Positions 39,083-52,007 of a DNA stretch of 64,000 nt are shown here, piece after piece. The stretch covers positions 8,351,929 to 8,415,928 of the forward strand of contig OZ037769.1 of NCBI GenBank assembly GCA_964035545.1, in the 5' to 3' direction. The notes under the pieces were generated by a model. That model was not told where the DNA came from, ran no database searches, and was given only the letters and a program-made list of their open reading frames with translations. The translations under genes were made by a program, and so were the position numbers. Each line of letters starts with the position of its first letter. Within the stretch, counting starts at the first letter, position 1. Origin of the DNA: Bugula neritina. Lineage: Eukaryota > Animalia > Bryozoa.

Positions 39083-42000
39083 ACCTAAAGCCTGAAACAT
39101 GCATGAAACTGAGTTTGCTTTAACGGTATAATGCACTGGCAAAAAACTGCCATCTTTGATCTATAATTATGAGAAACATATTATATGCATATTTTTGAGG
39201 AATTTCCTGAAAACAAAACTTTTTTTCAGATTGTAAGATTACTATAATGAGAAAGAGGTTACTTGAAATTTTCCTGAAAAAGTTTTTAAACTAATCAATA
39301 AAAGATGTATATAGCAGCTCAACAAGTCATGAAAATTAAGCATTGTAAAATAACTAAAGAAAACTAACATATCTATATAAAATATATAAGTAATAAATTA
39401 TGCTAGTAAAATTACCTAAGAGTGTCAACTAAACTTTCTTACTACTTCAAGTTCAGTGTGAAAGTCAGTGTCTGAAAATTATTACTTAATACATAGAACT
39501 CACCACCTGGCGCAGTGAGTTACTGCATTTGTATCAAGCACTACAGATGCCAATGCGCTGTACTTTATTCTTAGACTTGTGTCGTCTGAAACTTTGTCAT
39601 ATGTCACTTCCTGTGTAAAGAAATGCTAGCTTAGCAAATAAATGCTCGATTGATACTATATGTTTTTGTTTGATTATAGGATATTTAATTTTTATTCATA
39701 GTTTAAAAATCTCAACATATATCATAATACATGTTTCAGACACTCTGTAAATACTTTATTCATAAAAAATATTGTATTATAACTAATCTGATAAAAAATC
39801 AGTCATGTTTCTTTCTCATCTTGGAGAGCAGTTGCGATGCTAATAGCTAAACTACTGGGATAGTAAATACATGGTAGTATAGTTTAGGTCTTAGTAAAGA
39901 TGATTGGTGTTGCCAAAAAAAGCATTAACCATCATTTCCCATTTCTCACAATAGAAGTGAGATTTTAATCTCTTAGGAGTTGTTTCATTGGTGATGACTT
40001 TAGAAATAAGTATAGAGATAAATAACAAATTGTTTAAAACAAAAATTAAGATCTAATTAAAGTCTTTTTAGTTGCCTATAGTTAAGATAATTTTAGCACT
40101 ATGGCTTGCCTTTAATAACACAATCTGAGGTCTCAAAAAACAAATTGTGACTTTTGAAAATAAGTTTGCCAAAATTAAATTGTTAAAATAGCTGCCACAG
40201 CAAAAAACGAAATATATTGTTGGGTACAGAATCACACGTTCCTTTGACAACTGTTTATGATGTTATAGTTTAATCTTTACTATCAAATTTGACTTAAAAG
40301 CTGAAACTAGAAAAATGGTATTATTCAGACATAGTTCATATTTGCGTGTGGTACGTTAGCTTTAGTGATTCAAGGTTGATGCTGGCATATAGAGATTGTA
40401 TGGTACCTCAATGAGAAGGTTCTCAGCATCAAGATCAACCGTCTGATCAACTTCTTCATTCCAAGTTTCATACTTGTAGTTGAACCCATTGAGGAGAGGG
40501 CAGGAAAGAAGGTTTTCATCTAAAAAATATTGGTGAAGGATATTTATCTACAATACTTGATTTTCATCAAGCTGATAGATACAACTACTTAACATTCATT
40601 ATAAAGTTGCCACAGCAGCTGGCTAGTCAGCTGAGTGAACTCGTAAATTAATTGATTGCATAAAATATTCTTAAAATTTATCATCGGCCTGCAATACTAG
40701 AAAAGCTGTATGTGGCACATATTTTATTTGTTTTAGGTAAAAGGCTGAGCAATTTATAAATAATTAATCTGCTGCTGGAGGTTGAAATCAATAACAATAT
40801 CAAATTTATTTTTTTAAGATATTTGCAGCGTTCCAAGTGAGTTTTACCACAATGTATATACACTGAACAGTTATTGGTACAAAGAACAAAGAAACACAAG
40901 TTTCTGTCGCTGATAATCATAGAGCTCAAACTCACTACATCTGTCATGGTAATGTTGGGAACTTGATGTATTATTGTTATTTATGATAATTTCCCAACTA
41001 AAAATTATAATTGATTTTGATTTTGCTAAAGTTCAATTACGAATTTTTTGTAAAGTACTTTTAAGAACTGTGATGCTAAAAGCTAGAAAAAAGTTTTAAT
41101 TTGCTTTATCTCAACACTTTAGAGACTAATTAGAACTAAATCAAAGAATTCTTTGTCTTCACAGCTTTATATTAAATTCAGAAAGCTGCTGCAAACCTAG
41201 AGTTACTTGTGGTGGCACCATCTCTATAATCAACATCGTTCTTGCAGAGTTCCATCCAGAGTAAGCATCACTGGATCCATAACCATCACATGGGCCGACT
41301 ATACTAACTCTACTACTCTGTCACCAGCATCTAGTCCATAGCATGTACCATCAACTAAATATTAGTAAGTTTTGATGGCACTAATATTATTATAAAAAAA
41401 TTATAGAAATCAACATCAATTCAAGTTAGTCTCTGCTCCGACAAGTTATAATGGATTTTCGTTTATTAAATAGCATATTGTAGGTACCGTATAATATCTC
41501 AACAATAAAAATTGGCATTAAACATCTTTAAAAATATTATCTTGTTATAACATTAGGTAACAAAGGTTTGATCCATAGGCATGTATTCTAAGAAGTTGTT
41601 TTTTAGAAGACACTCAATATCTAAAAGAGTGTTTATACTAAGCCTACTGTCTATTGCTCGGTGTAATTCTCCTGTAGTAGCACTGTAATCTAACACCTCA
41701 ATAGTGTCTGGGTTAGAGCACTTGTTACCATCAAATGTCAAGTACCAGTGGTGACAAAAGTCAGCCCTATTATTATGTCCTCTGACAGCCATGTGGATAA
41801 TGACTCTCAGTGCTGATTCAGCCCTAGACTTTGGGTAAGTAGCTGTCTGAAAATATTGTTGACATAATCTGACTAGCAGCTCATTAAATCTTGAGTCAAC
41901 ACAAACCTAGTTTTGTATAAATAATGAAATATATATATTATATATTAATGCAATTGCCTTAAATATAAGTTTATTTTAGTTACTTTTTAAAAACAACAAC

Positions 42001-43697
42001 TGGATGTTTTCAAAAAAATTGTGAATTAAACCTAATACAGTTGCTCAGTACAAACTATTGCTGTAATATTTTACAATTGTACATTTTACCATTATGATGC
42101 CTTCATCTTTGCTATCTTGAAGATCTGTAGACCAATAATGTCTGATGTTTGTGTACTCATTTTTCAACCCACATTCAGTTGATTCTTCACCTGCTGTAGA
42201 ATTATTCTCAAGTATAATTACTAGAATCAAGATGGTTGTAAAATATACCTAATGTTATGTTACATAAATGCAATCTAACTTGGTGATTGTGCTTTTTTCA
42301 AACATAGAAGCTTATTCATAACTATAATCTACAATTATTGCTATATGAAACGGGAATATATACACTGTTATTTTAATATTGTTACTTCGGTTTTGTGTAC
42401 AGGCATAGCTAGACTGCTATGATATGTAAGATCTTGAATCACAGTGAATTTTACCATTGCAAAAAGAGTGAGAGATTAAAAAGCCTTAATTATTTTCAGG
42501 AGAACATATTTCTACTTTATTCATAAAATAGTGTGAGTTAATTGAATGCATCGATGCTTTGTTAAAGCACAATTATTTCATAGGTCCCTGTGATCATGTA
42601 TTGTGGTTAAACATGAGAATTTACCTACCTAAGCAAATCGGGTTTTCTAAGACGGTCTCTCCACATCCAACCATGCAGATTTCTAAATTTGAACAATTTC
42701 TACCACTGCAGTTTGTCAGCTATTAAACAGAAAAATAGACAAATATTTATGTACATCACAATTGAAAAATATATTCAATCAATATATTAAATCAGTAAAC
42801 TAAAAATATACTTTGTGTTTAATATTTCTAAATATAACAATTATTTATAATTTATATTTGCATGCATGTTAGCAGTAGCCCACAATAAAAGACTGAATAG
42901 AAAAAGTCTTACAAAATATGTTTAATCACTGGCATACAGTCTTTAAATCATACAAAAGAGATAAAATAATAAATTTATAAAAAGACTTTCAATATGTTTT
43001 ATTATGCTGGTTTGATTTTAATTATTGTTTAAAAACTGCGTAAATCAACAAGCTAAAATATTATTTGAAATGTGGTCTGTATACTCACTACACTACAGTT
43101 GTTCCCAATAAATCAGTAGTATAGCAGTATTTTACCCCGAAAAAAGGTACCAAATAATTTTAATAAAACGAAATACAATCTAATATAAAAGTTTAAAGGC
43201 ACCATCACCTCTGAAATTGTTGAGGGAGATTTAGCTTATTTAAATTTGATTGGGGTTTAAAGCTTACCTCCCCTGTTGCCATTAGCTCCATGAAATATCC
43301 GTCAACAGAATCATTTTTAGAAGATAAATTCAAAGTGGAAGTTGACCCATTCAATTCATAACACATTCCTAAAACAGCTATGATGCGTCATAATAGCTAT
43401 GAAATCACCAAACAAATATTTTAGGTGCATCATAAAGATGCATAATTAACCTGATTTCTTAATTGCTAGTGAAAAAGAAATTGAAATAAAAGTATCGCAT
43501 TAGCATTATTCTCATTTGTTTATTTATTATAATCATTTTAAGCTATACTTTAAAACATTTTGTTAAGTGCATACATATTTTATTAAATGAATCCATTGGA
43601 CCCTAATATTGAAATTTCTTAGTTCACAATTTACACATTTCACACAAATTGCTACTTAAGTAACCACTAACATATGCTACATTTATGTAATATAATA

Positions 43698-44106
43698 GGG
43701 TCAGTTTACTTCATTTAGTACACACCAGCAAATTATGACCTAACATTAAAGTTTGCTCCAAATCCATTGAAATTTACTATACATGGTATTTTTATGTGCT
43801 GGTTTTAATTACGCATAACAGCAAAGGCTGGGAGGGGATTCCCCAACATTAAAGCACAGGTCATTGTCATATGCACTTAATATTCTATATGCATGGATCG
43901 TTACGAAAAAACCGTAACGGTCCGTAACCAAAACTAGCTGAATAATTAGGGAAAAACGTGGGAAATGAAACAAAATTAAAAAGAACTTTGATTATTTAGG
44001 TGTATTTATTGGTGCTTAACTAGTTTTGGCTCATTACCAGCTAAATTGTGAAAAATAGCTAAAAACTGAAGATTTCGAGTGTGTACTAAATTAAGTAAAA
44101 TGACCC
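43698..44106. mobile_element. MITE with 4-bp TSD (Sola-like), 409 bp
   Basis: AATA|GGGTCAGTTTACTTCATTTAGTACACAC ... GTGTGTACTAAATTAAGTAAAATGACCC|AATA; empty site in paralog A at ~2107. Confidence 0.85.
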
Positions 44107-46550
44107 AATAAATGATACATATATTATATAATATTTTAAAATAATATTTATTGTATGATGAATTTTTAGAAAATTCTGAAAACAAAATTCTAGGCAGCTG
44201 GCAACATACTTTTGTGCCATTTCATGTTAAACTATAAATCATTGAGTGACGAAGACTTTTTGCATTTGCAAATATAAATATTTAAAATTAATATTATTAG
44301 GAACTTTGCTGATGAAAATATGTGTGTGATTTAATAAAAGTAAGCTTATAGAAACGTCTACAAAAGGCAAAACATGTTCTTCTCAAATTACAATGCAAAT
44401 TTAGTTTTCTTATAGAACTCATTATATACATAGTCACAATGTATGCGACAATTCAACACACATATTTTATTACTCGCTTATATAATAACAAACACTGTTG
44501 TTATATATGTAGTTATTGACTTGATATAAATAATTGATGATTATTTTATAATATGAAAACAAAATTGCTTTTTAATGCAACCTTAGACATCAAACAATAT
44601 TTTAATAATGCAGTTAATGTACAGAAAGTGATTATATGACAAAGAAATTTAAACTAAAATAATGATCCATTAAGCATTAATTAGATGTCAATTGTTGTCA
44701 AACTTGATTGCAAAGATAAAGACAGCAAAGCTTATATTTGAATTATTGATTTGTTCAAAAGTTTAAGCATTTGTTATAATAATATCATGTAACAATTAAA
44801 AATAGCTATAGGCAATTTGACTCACATGCAAACAATCCACTACCACGTGTGTATATATACACACGCGGTAGGGGGTTGCTTGAGTCTGTAAGTCAAAATC
44901 CCTAGCTATTCCTAATTGTTACATGATATTATTATAACAAATACTTGAAATATTAGCAATTGTATCAGTAGCTATATGTGCTATGCTAATTTACTGGTTG
45001 GAAAATAATATTTTGAACTTCCTAGCTTATAGAACAAAATAATTTTATTTCTATTACATAGCATGATTTTTCATCAACATAGCTTCTATAATAAGCAACT
45101 TATTATAACTGCTATCTTTTACCTGCATTGCTTCTAAAAATAGCATTACATTGCAAAGGGAAATTTCTCCAGCAGTTGACTAAACACTCTGTAAGACTTC
45201 TGGTTGATGATTTTCTGGTTATAAGAGAGCTCTTAGGGTTGAGATACTGGTCTTTTGATACACTGACAGAGTTTCCACAGTCTGGTAGATCTACAAAATA
45301 TCATGTGCAGGATACCAGGCTTAGCACTATCACAGGTTTATTCTATATGATTTTATTATTTTTAGAACATATAATGTATTATACTGATATATGCAATTAA
45401 TTTATATGAAAATAATATGATTTTCTAGACTCAGTAGAATAACTATACAATAGGTTGCCACACAATACATTCAATGTTTAAACATTTTAACAGCAACTGC
45501 AGTATTATTTAGAGTAAGTTAAAAATCTATGTTGATTAACATGTTACTGAATCTAATCTTGTAGGAAATAATCATTTAATTATGCCAATGAATTCTGTAG
45601 TCTGCATGGCACGAAATGAATACCAATAAAACTAACTTTTCAGGCTGTTTAAAATTTACAATGAAAACAAAACCTAAATTTTAAAACTCATATTAAGCTG
45701 CTTTTTCCCATTGATAACTTTATAAGTAATATATAATGACAGAAACACACTTACCTAATATACCCGTCATAGCTAAATGAAATGATGATAAACATAACCA
45801 ACTGATGAACAGTGTCGTACTTTTCAACTTCATCCTAAAATACATGAGTCAACTATTTTAGCTTATGTTATTCAATATAAAAGTTTACATATATTATATT
45901 GATAATTGCTAGTGCTATAATAATCTTTGTTTGTATAATGTTTTAGTAATAACATATGAACATTCTAACATAGCTAGAATTTTGAATATATTTATATATA
46001 GATGTTAATAACTCATTTTCTTTTTAGGATAACTTGGAGCACTTGGGCAAAGTTTAATTTGTTTGGTTATGCATAATTTATCTATTTAATTTTTTTTAAA
46101 TATAATAGTGGTTTTGGAACATGAGAAAAAACATTAGAATTTAAATTTGTCACAATAATTATGATATTTATAATTATATCATAACAATTTATGTTATACT
46201 TATTTTATAAACTAGCTACTATAAAATTGATTGAATTATCACAGTATCTATATAAGGTTTGAGATTTAACAATAAAATGACAATAATTGAAATTTTCTAA
46301 TTTACTTTACAGAAATTTTTTGCAATATATTGAATATTTCAATGCATAAATTAAACAAAAGCTGACCTTTATCTAACAAACCTCTCAACTTTAATTTATT
46401 TGTTATAACTGATATGTGCTAGGTCTATAAGGCCCCGTAAGGAAGTTGACAGATGCCTGCTGGTTATTTTGGAGGTCTAGCAGAGGCTTGTTTGTTATCA
46501 GTGCCACCAGACCATCCTCGTCTTTACTGTTTGGTATGAAGCTGTATCCC

Positions 46551-48191
46551 ACCAGAATAGAAGTACTAGCCCAGAAAGAAGCTTTTATTACTTTAAAAGA
46601 TCACAAACCTAACTTCAATAACAAACCATCCTGCAGACTAATAAACCCCACCAAATCCAACATCGGTATAATCAGCAAACAACTATTGGATAATATAAAC
46701 ACAAAACTCCTCCAGCATATAAAAGTCAACATATGGAAAAACTCCCACTCAGTAATAAATTGGTTTGAAGACATCAAGAACAAAAGCAGTAAGTCATTTA
46801 TTACTTTTGACATATGCAATTTCTACCCATCAATAACCGAAGACCTCCTTTACAAAGCCCTTTCCTTTGCGTCACATTTTACCAGCATACCAACTGAACA
46901 CCAGGAAATAATTTTACACTCTAAAAAGTCCATTCTTATCTCCAATGGTGAACAATGGACAAAAAAACACAACAGCAACTTTGATGTCACTATGGGAAGT
47001 TATGACGGCGCCGAAACCTGCCAACTAATTGGAATATATTTGCTTAATCTATTAACTACTGAAATGAATATAGAATGTAATTTAGGCCTGTATAGAGATG
47101 ATGGACTCATAGTTTGCGAAGGAACACCTAGACACATAGAACAGAACAAAAAACAAATTTGCAACTTTTTTAGAAAATTTAATCTCTCAATCACAATAGA
47201 AGCCAATAAGAAAGTTGTAAACTTTCTAGATGTAACATTCAACTTGACTAACCAATCCTATAAACCCTATACAAAACCTGGAAACACTATCCTCTACGTT
47301 CACAAACAAAGCGACCACCCACCTGCAGTATTGAAAAACATACCAGAAAATATAAATAGAAGACTTAGCTCACTATCCTCCAATGAAGAAGAGTTTAAAA
47401 CCACCATACAACCGTACCAAGAAGCACTATCAAACAGTGGATATGACTATAAATTAAAATATAACCCGACACCCAAATCCAACAACAATAATAGAAATAG
47501 AAACAGAAACATATTGTGGTACAACCCACCTTTTAGTTCAGCAGTAAAAACCAAAATAGGGAAGAAATTTCTTCAAATCATCGACAAATGCTTTCCACCA
47601 TCCAACCAACTAAGTAAAATTTTCAATAGGAAAACTATAAAAATTAGCTATTCATGCATGCCCAACATGAAAAATATTATTGATGGCTCGAACCATCACA
47701 AACTTAAAACCGCACACACCCCTACTACCGCTACTAAACTAAATGACACACAATGTAACTGCAAACAACCTTCCCACTGTCCACTAAATGGTAAATGCTT
47801 ATACAAAGACGTAATATACCAAGCAACTGTAACAAGACAGGACAATAATTCCAGCCATTCATACATAGGACTCTGTTCGACTACCTTCAAAACCAGATTC
47901 AATAACCACAAAGCCTCTTTCCTACATGCAGATAAAGCTAACAGCACGCAACTCAGCAGACACATCTGGAATTTAAAAGACAACAAAACGAAATTCAGCT
48001 TAAAATGGAATATTTTAAAGATTTGCAAATCATACTCAAACCTAACCAATAGATGTAATTTATGCAACTATGAGAAGTATATAATTTTAAAACAACCGGA
48101 ATTATCTTCCCTCAACAAACGAAAAGAGCTTTCCACCACGTGTAGACATAAACGCAAATTTTTACTTGCGCACTTAACAGACGCTAGTTAA
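46551..48191 (+). CDS. Penelope-like reverse transcriptase + GIY-YIG endonuclease (N-truncated, uninterrupted)
   Basis: FITFDICNFYPSI, FDVTMGSYDGAE, LGLYRDDGL, NFLDVTF, WYNPPFS, CNC..CPLNGKC, VIYQATV..YIGLC..FKTRFNNH, CNLC. Confidence 0.92.
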   Translation, partial: TRIEVLAQKEAFITLKDHKPNFNNKPSCRLINPTKSNIGIISKQLLDNINTKLLQHIKVNIWKNSHSVINWFEDIKNKSSKSFITFDICNFYPSITEDLLYKALSFASHFTSIPTEHQEIILHSKKSILISNGEQWTKKHNSNFDVTMGSYDGAETCQLIGIYLLNLLTTEMNIECNLGLYRDDGLIVCEGTPRHIEQNKKQICNFFRKFNLSITIEANKKVVNFLDVTFNLTNQSYKPYTKPGNTILYVHKQSDHPPAVLKNIPENINRRLSSLSSNEEEFKTTIQPYQEALSNSGYDYKLKYNPTPKSNNNNRNRNRNILWYNPPFSSAVKTKIGKKFLQIIDKCFPPSNQLSKIFNRKTIKISYSCMPNMKNIIDGSNHHKLKTAHTPTTATKLNDTQCNCKQPSHCPLNGKCLYKDVIYQATVTRQDNNSSHSYIGLCSTTFKTRFNNHKASFLHADKANSTQLSRHIWNLKDNKTKFSLKWNILKICKSYSNLTNRCNLCNYEKYIILKQPELSSLNKRKELSTTCRHKRKFLLAHLTDAS

Positions 48192-48260
48192 AACATTCCA
48201 GCGTAGTAATACACTAACAATACTAATTTCAAAACAAAATCACTCAAGCGTACACACAAC

Positions 48261-48305
48261 GACCTGATGATCGTAGCTCGCACTACGTGAAACAATATTG
48301 TAGTC
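48261..48305 (+). ncRNA. Minimal type I hammerhead ribozyme
   Basis: GAC-CUGAUGAU-CGUAG cucgca CUACG-U-GAAA-CAAUAUUG-UA-GUC; helix III region is the palindrome ACAAUAUUGU; GUA triplet. Confidence 0.82.
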
Positions 48306-48355
48306 AATAGAATGAAGATCTAAGTTTATTTTTATATCCAAAATTATATTAGTAC

Positions 48356-48414
<59 letters not shown>

Positions 48415-50829
48415 TCTAATAATGCAACAGTACATAATTGACAGGAACTTGTTTATTAGTTTTTTCTCAATCATATTAAACAATAAATTCACCTTAATGT
48501 ACTATGCAAAAATAAAAGGCTCTAATCAAAATTGTTTAATCTGGTAATTTTTCTATGTTTTGAAAACTTCAATGTTTTACAAAATATATGACTCTATGAT
48601 ATATCAACAAGAATGTGAAGAAGTAATGCGCTTGTTGCTTACTTATGTATAATGAAAAAATACAAACACAAAAATTAGGTATAAGTAAGACACCTAAATA
48701 TTAAACTAAGCATTGAATAATAAAAGAAATTGTTTATAAAACAGTTTAAAGAAGTTTATAGATTGTAAACGCATAGTGAAATACCTGACTCAACAATTAA
48801 GAGAAGGCAGACATAAGAGCTGGTTTAATGTGTGTAGACCAACTGCAAGCACCTTCACCAAGAAACTGTGACAGGAATATTGATTTCTATCTGCTGTCGT
48901 AATTTCAGTATCTATTGATTGTTTGCATATTTTATAACAACATTACTCCGCAGTATAATATTGCAATAGCATAATATTTATATATACATACATATCATAT
49001 TCTTTTATGTTTCTGTATTCTGAACAATAATAATTGATGTGTGATATTTTGCTAGTAATTTTTTTTATTTTGAAGAATTGCAGTTTTTATAATGACTTTA
49101 TTTGATGTCTTATACTCACTAACCACTAACACTGTGATTAGCTGTGATAAACCGTGCGGCTAAGAAATTGTTACTCTCAATAAACCCAACACTACCTCAC
49201 AAGACGGAAGAGGTAGAGAAAATATATGTCATTGACACATTTAAAGTTAATATGAGATGTTGGGGGGGGGGGGAGTATTTGTGATCCGAAATTAAAAGAT
49301 ATAACTGCTGATGAGAACAGCATGTGCGCAGCTGAAACTTTTAACTTGCACAAATTTCAGAAAAAAAACTGTTGAAACTATTGATTCAAAAATGTCTCTG
49401 AATGTTTCATTTAAAAATAATCAAGTTTTCAAAGATGAGTTAGGTCTATTGAAAAGTTAAACTTGCATACACCGGCTTTCCATAGATCACTCTCAGATCT
49501 TGCATAATATCCTTACCGTCTAAAGCCTAAACCACATGATAAAATAGTGTGTTTTTAATTCTCCATAGCTTGTAAGAGGAATGTCATATAATCAACAGTT
49601 GCTATATGTAATTATATTTGCTGATTATTATAACTGCATTGTAATTTTTAAATGATTTATAGCCTTCGCTAATCAAAGTTCTACAACCTATGAGCATTTC
49701 ATTGCATGAACTCTGCGCATGTAGATTTTTTAAGACTGAAATAAACAGTTCTAAACATTGGTTTCAGCCATCAAAGAAAAAAACTGACAAAACAAACTTA
49801 ACACAGAGCTGAATGCTGACTATATTATCTCACAGAAAACTAGTACGTGGAATGAAACAAAGAGTACAAATGATCTTATAGCTACTTTTTACCTAATTCT
49901 TTACTAAAGCATATCTTATAAGAAAGAAGCTCCATATGTTAAAAGTAGTCTGCACCTAGAGGAGAAAAGACAATATTATATGTAGCAGCTAAATTGGTTT
50001 TTATACCAATTCTTTGATGACATAACTTGCAGCAAAATATTATAGCAATGATAAGCAAACTGTCTTTAATCCTATAAATATAAGAAAATAGTACTGTCTT
50101 TATCTATAACTACATTATAGTTTATCTTTTTATTAAATTTGTCAACCACATTTTATAAATTTGAAAAGAAAAGAAAATGCTATCGAATTTCCCAAATGCT
50201 TTCTGTTGGAATTTAAAAAACTGACTGCATGTTCTCTATGGTTTCATATATCATAAATCAAGAAATATAATAATTTGATTAGCATTCAACTTTAAAAATT
50301 AATTAAAATGCTATTAATACCTTAAAAATTCAATGTTAAAAAACTGTAGAATCAAACTCAGGAACAGGCAACCCCAAACCTAAAACAAACTACCAACACT
50401 TAGACCTATTTATCCTTGTGACATCAACACTGCACCAAATCAATCAAAAATAGGAACAAAATATTTATGAAAACTTGTTTTTAAAAAAAAGATAAAAAGT
50501 AAAACAGCTGTAACACTGCCACAGAATAGTACTACTCAGACAGCTGTTATGACATATTTTAAAACTACTAATAACACATAATCTGAGCATTTTGTTGAAG
50601 TTAAGAGCAAACTTGTTTTTTATTAATTAAAAAGAATAACATTTTTCAGTTTAAAATACTTTAACAACATAGAAAAGATTTGCCATTTTCTATTTGTATA
50701 GAGACGCTTTTTTTGGAAAAGATTGAAATGATAATTTTTTATGTTTACGGACAGCGACTACATTAGGCCTAATATGACATTTCTTTCAGGAAAAATATTA
50801 TAATATTCATTAAAAAGCAAGTATACACT

Positions 50830-51570
50830 TGCCCAAAGTTTGCATAACCATACAAAGCACCACAGATCACTCAACAGAGTAGAGGTAATGCCTCAATTCC
50901 GTTTTGAATTTACCAAGTAGCTGTATAATCTTTAAAAATTTAGGCAACTTACTCCACAGTGCAGATATTACAAAATTGGAGGTGCGATGACCAGCAAATG
51001 AGGAATAAAATGAAACAGGAAGATATTGCAACTGATGACGAGTAGTATAGTGAGAGGGTGTTGAAATGCTTCCTGAATAGTAGATTTTATGAGCTTTAAT
51101 TATCAGTTTGTACTTGTACAACTTGTCAACTGGTAAAATGTCTGATTTTCTAAGCGAGTCTTTAGAATGGTATCCAATAGGTTTGCGGTGAGTTATACAT
51201 ACAATTTTCATTTCAAAAATTTTATCACTTTATCAAAATGGATTCTGGATGCATTCTCCATGATTCTATAGGGTAGCACAACCTGGACTGTATAAGTGAA
51301 TAGTATCACATAATCAAAACTTTTCTAGAAGCAAATGAATTTAAACGATAAAAAAAATCCCGAAATCGGTCGAAGATTTAATAATATTTTCTGAATGTGG
51401 GATGACCAGTTTAAATTTCTATCAATTATCACACCTAAAGATTTTACTTCGTCAACTGCTGTTATTGGTTTGTTGTTTATTGTTAATTTTAAACCAAATT
51501 GGAATTTATTTTGATAGTTCTTAAAAATAATGGAAGATGTTTTTTCATACTTAATTGTTAGCTTATTTAT
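50830..51570 (-). mobile_element. Decayed CR1/L2-group LINE 3' fragment
   Basis: VKSLGVIIDRNLNWSSHIQ and ALWSKLPKFLK..LGKFKTELRHYL ORF2 C-terminal motifs, frameshifted. Confidence 0.75.
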
Positions 51571-51797
51571 CTGTACAATATTGCTATATATAAATGGGTA
51601 TATTTATCCAAATGACATAATAATTATTATCATACTTAACCTAGAAGGTTTAGGTGAGCATATGTTGCATTACTCCAGATTTTTCATTAAGTTATAGTTG
51701 TTATAACTATATATCACTACTAGAAAAAACAGTGTTAATGGTACACAATAAAGTAAATGTTTAAAATGGTAATAATATATATTTTAGGTGAATAGTC

Positions 51798-51877
<80 letters not shown>

Positions 51878-51959
51878 AATATATCTTTATGAGCTAGCAA
51901 TTTGATTATAAATAGGTATACGAGAAACATTGTTATTTATTACTTTATTAGGTAAAGTA

Positions 51960-52007
51960 ATTGCACTGATATTTCGGGTACCATTGTACCCATCTTCAGA
52001 GTCGCAA
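51960..52007 (-). ncRNA. Minimal hammerhead ribozyme in the inverted arm
   Basis: ACU-CUGAAGAU-GGGUAC aaug GUACCC-GAAAUAUC-AGU, with perfect helix II. Confidence 0.72.

Larger units (their letters stand above)
29259..45833 (-). pseudogene. Paralog B: 14-exon PAN + Cys-rich + 3x CTHRC1-C-terminal-domain gene (~620 aa if repaired); frameshifted allele or young pseudogene
   Basis: Exons: 45833-45755, 45290-45123, 43368-43268, 42719-42629, 42190-42090, 41846-41648, 41354-41197, 40519-40407, 39610-39504, 32820-32711, 31782-~31630 (donor uncertain, alternative 31612), 30076-29872, 29779-29682, 29446-29259 (TAA). Phases are compatible throughout. Three domain-end motifs: SGWNSARTMLIIEM, TGGFNSPSRLHIEEV, DAYTGWQSSFHIFVEEL (CTHRC1: DASTGWNSVSRIIIEEL). 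A 2-bp insertion gives TAG at 41301-41299. AATAAA on - strand at 29112-29117. Confidence 0.8.
46430..48358 (+). mobile_element. Penelope-like retroelement, 5'-truncated, inserted in (TA)n
   Basis: RT + GIY-YIG ORF and 3' hammerhead; the insertion splits the TA tract that is intact at 4424-4508. Confidence 0.92.
41610..50825. repeat. Segmental duplication copy 2 (5' half of paralog B and its upstream region)
   Basis: Matches 1-8196 plus 16368-16450. Has private insertions (43698-44106, 46430-48358) and lacks those of copy 1 (6358-7690, 8197-16367). Confidence 0.93.
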
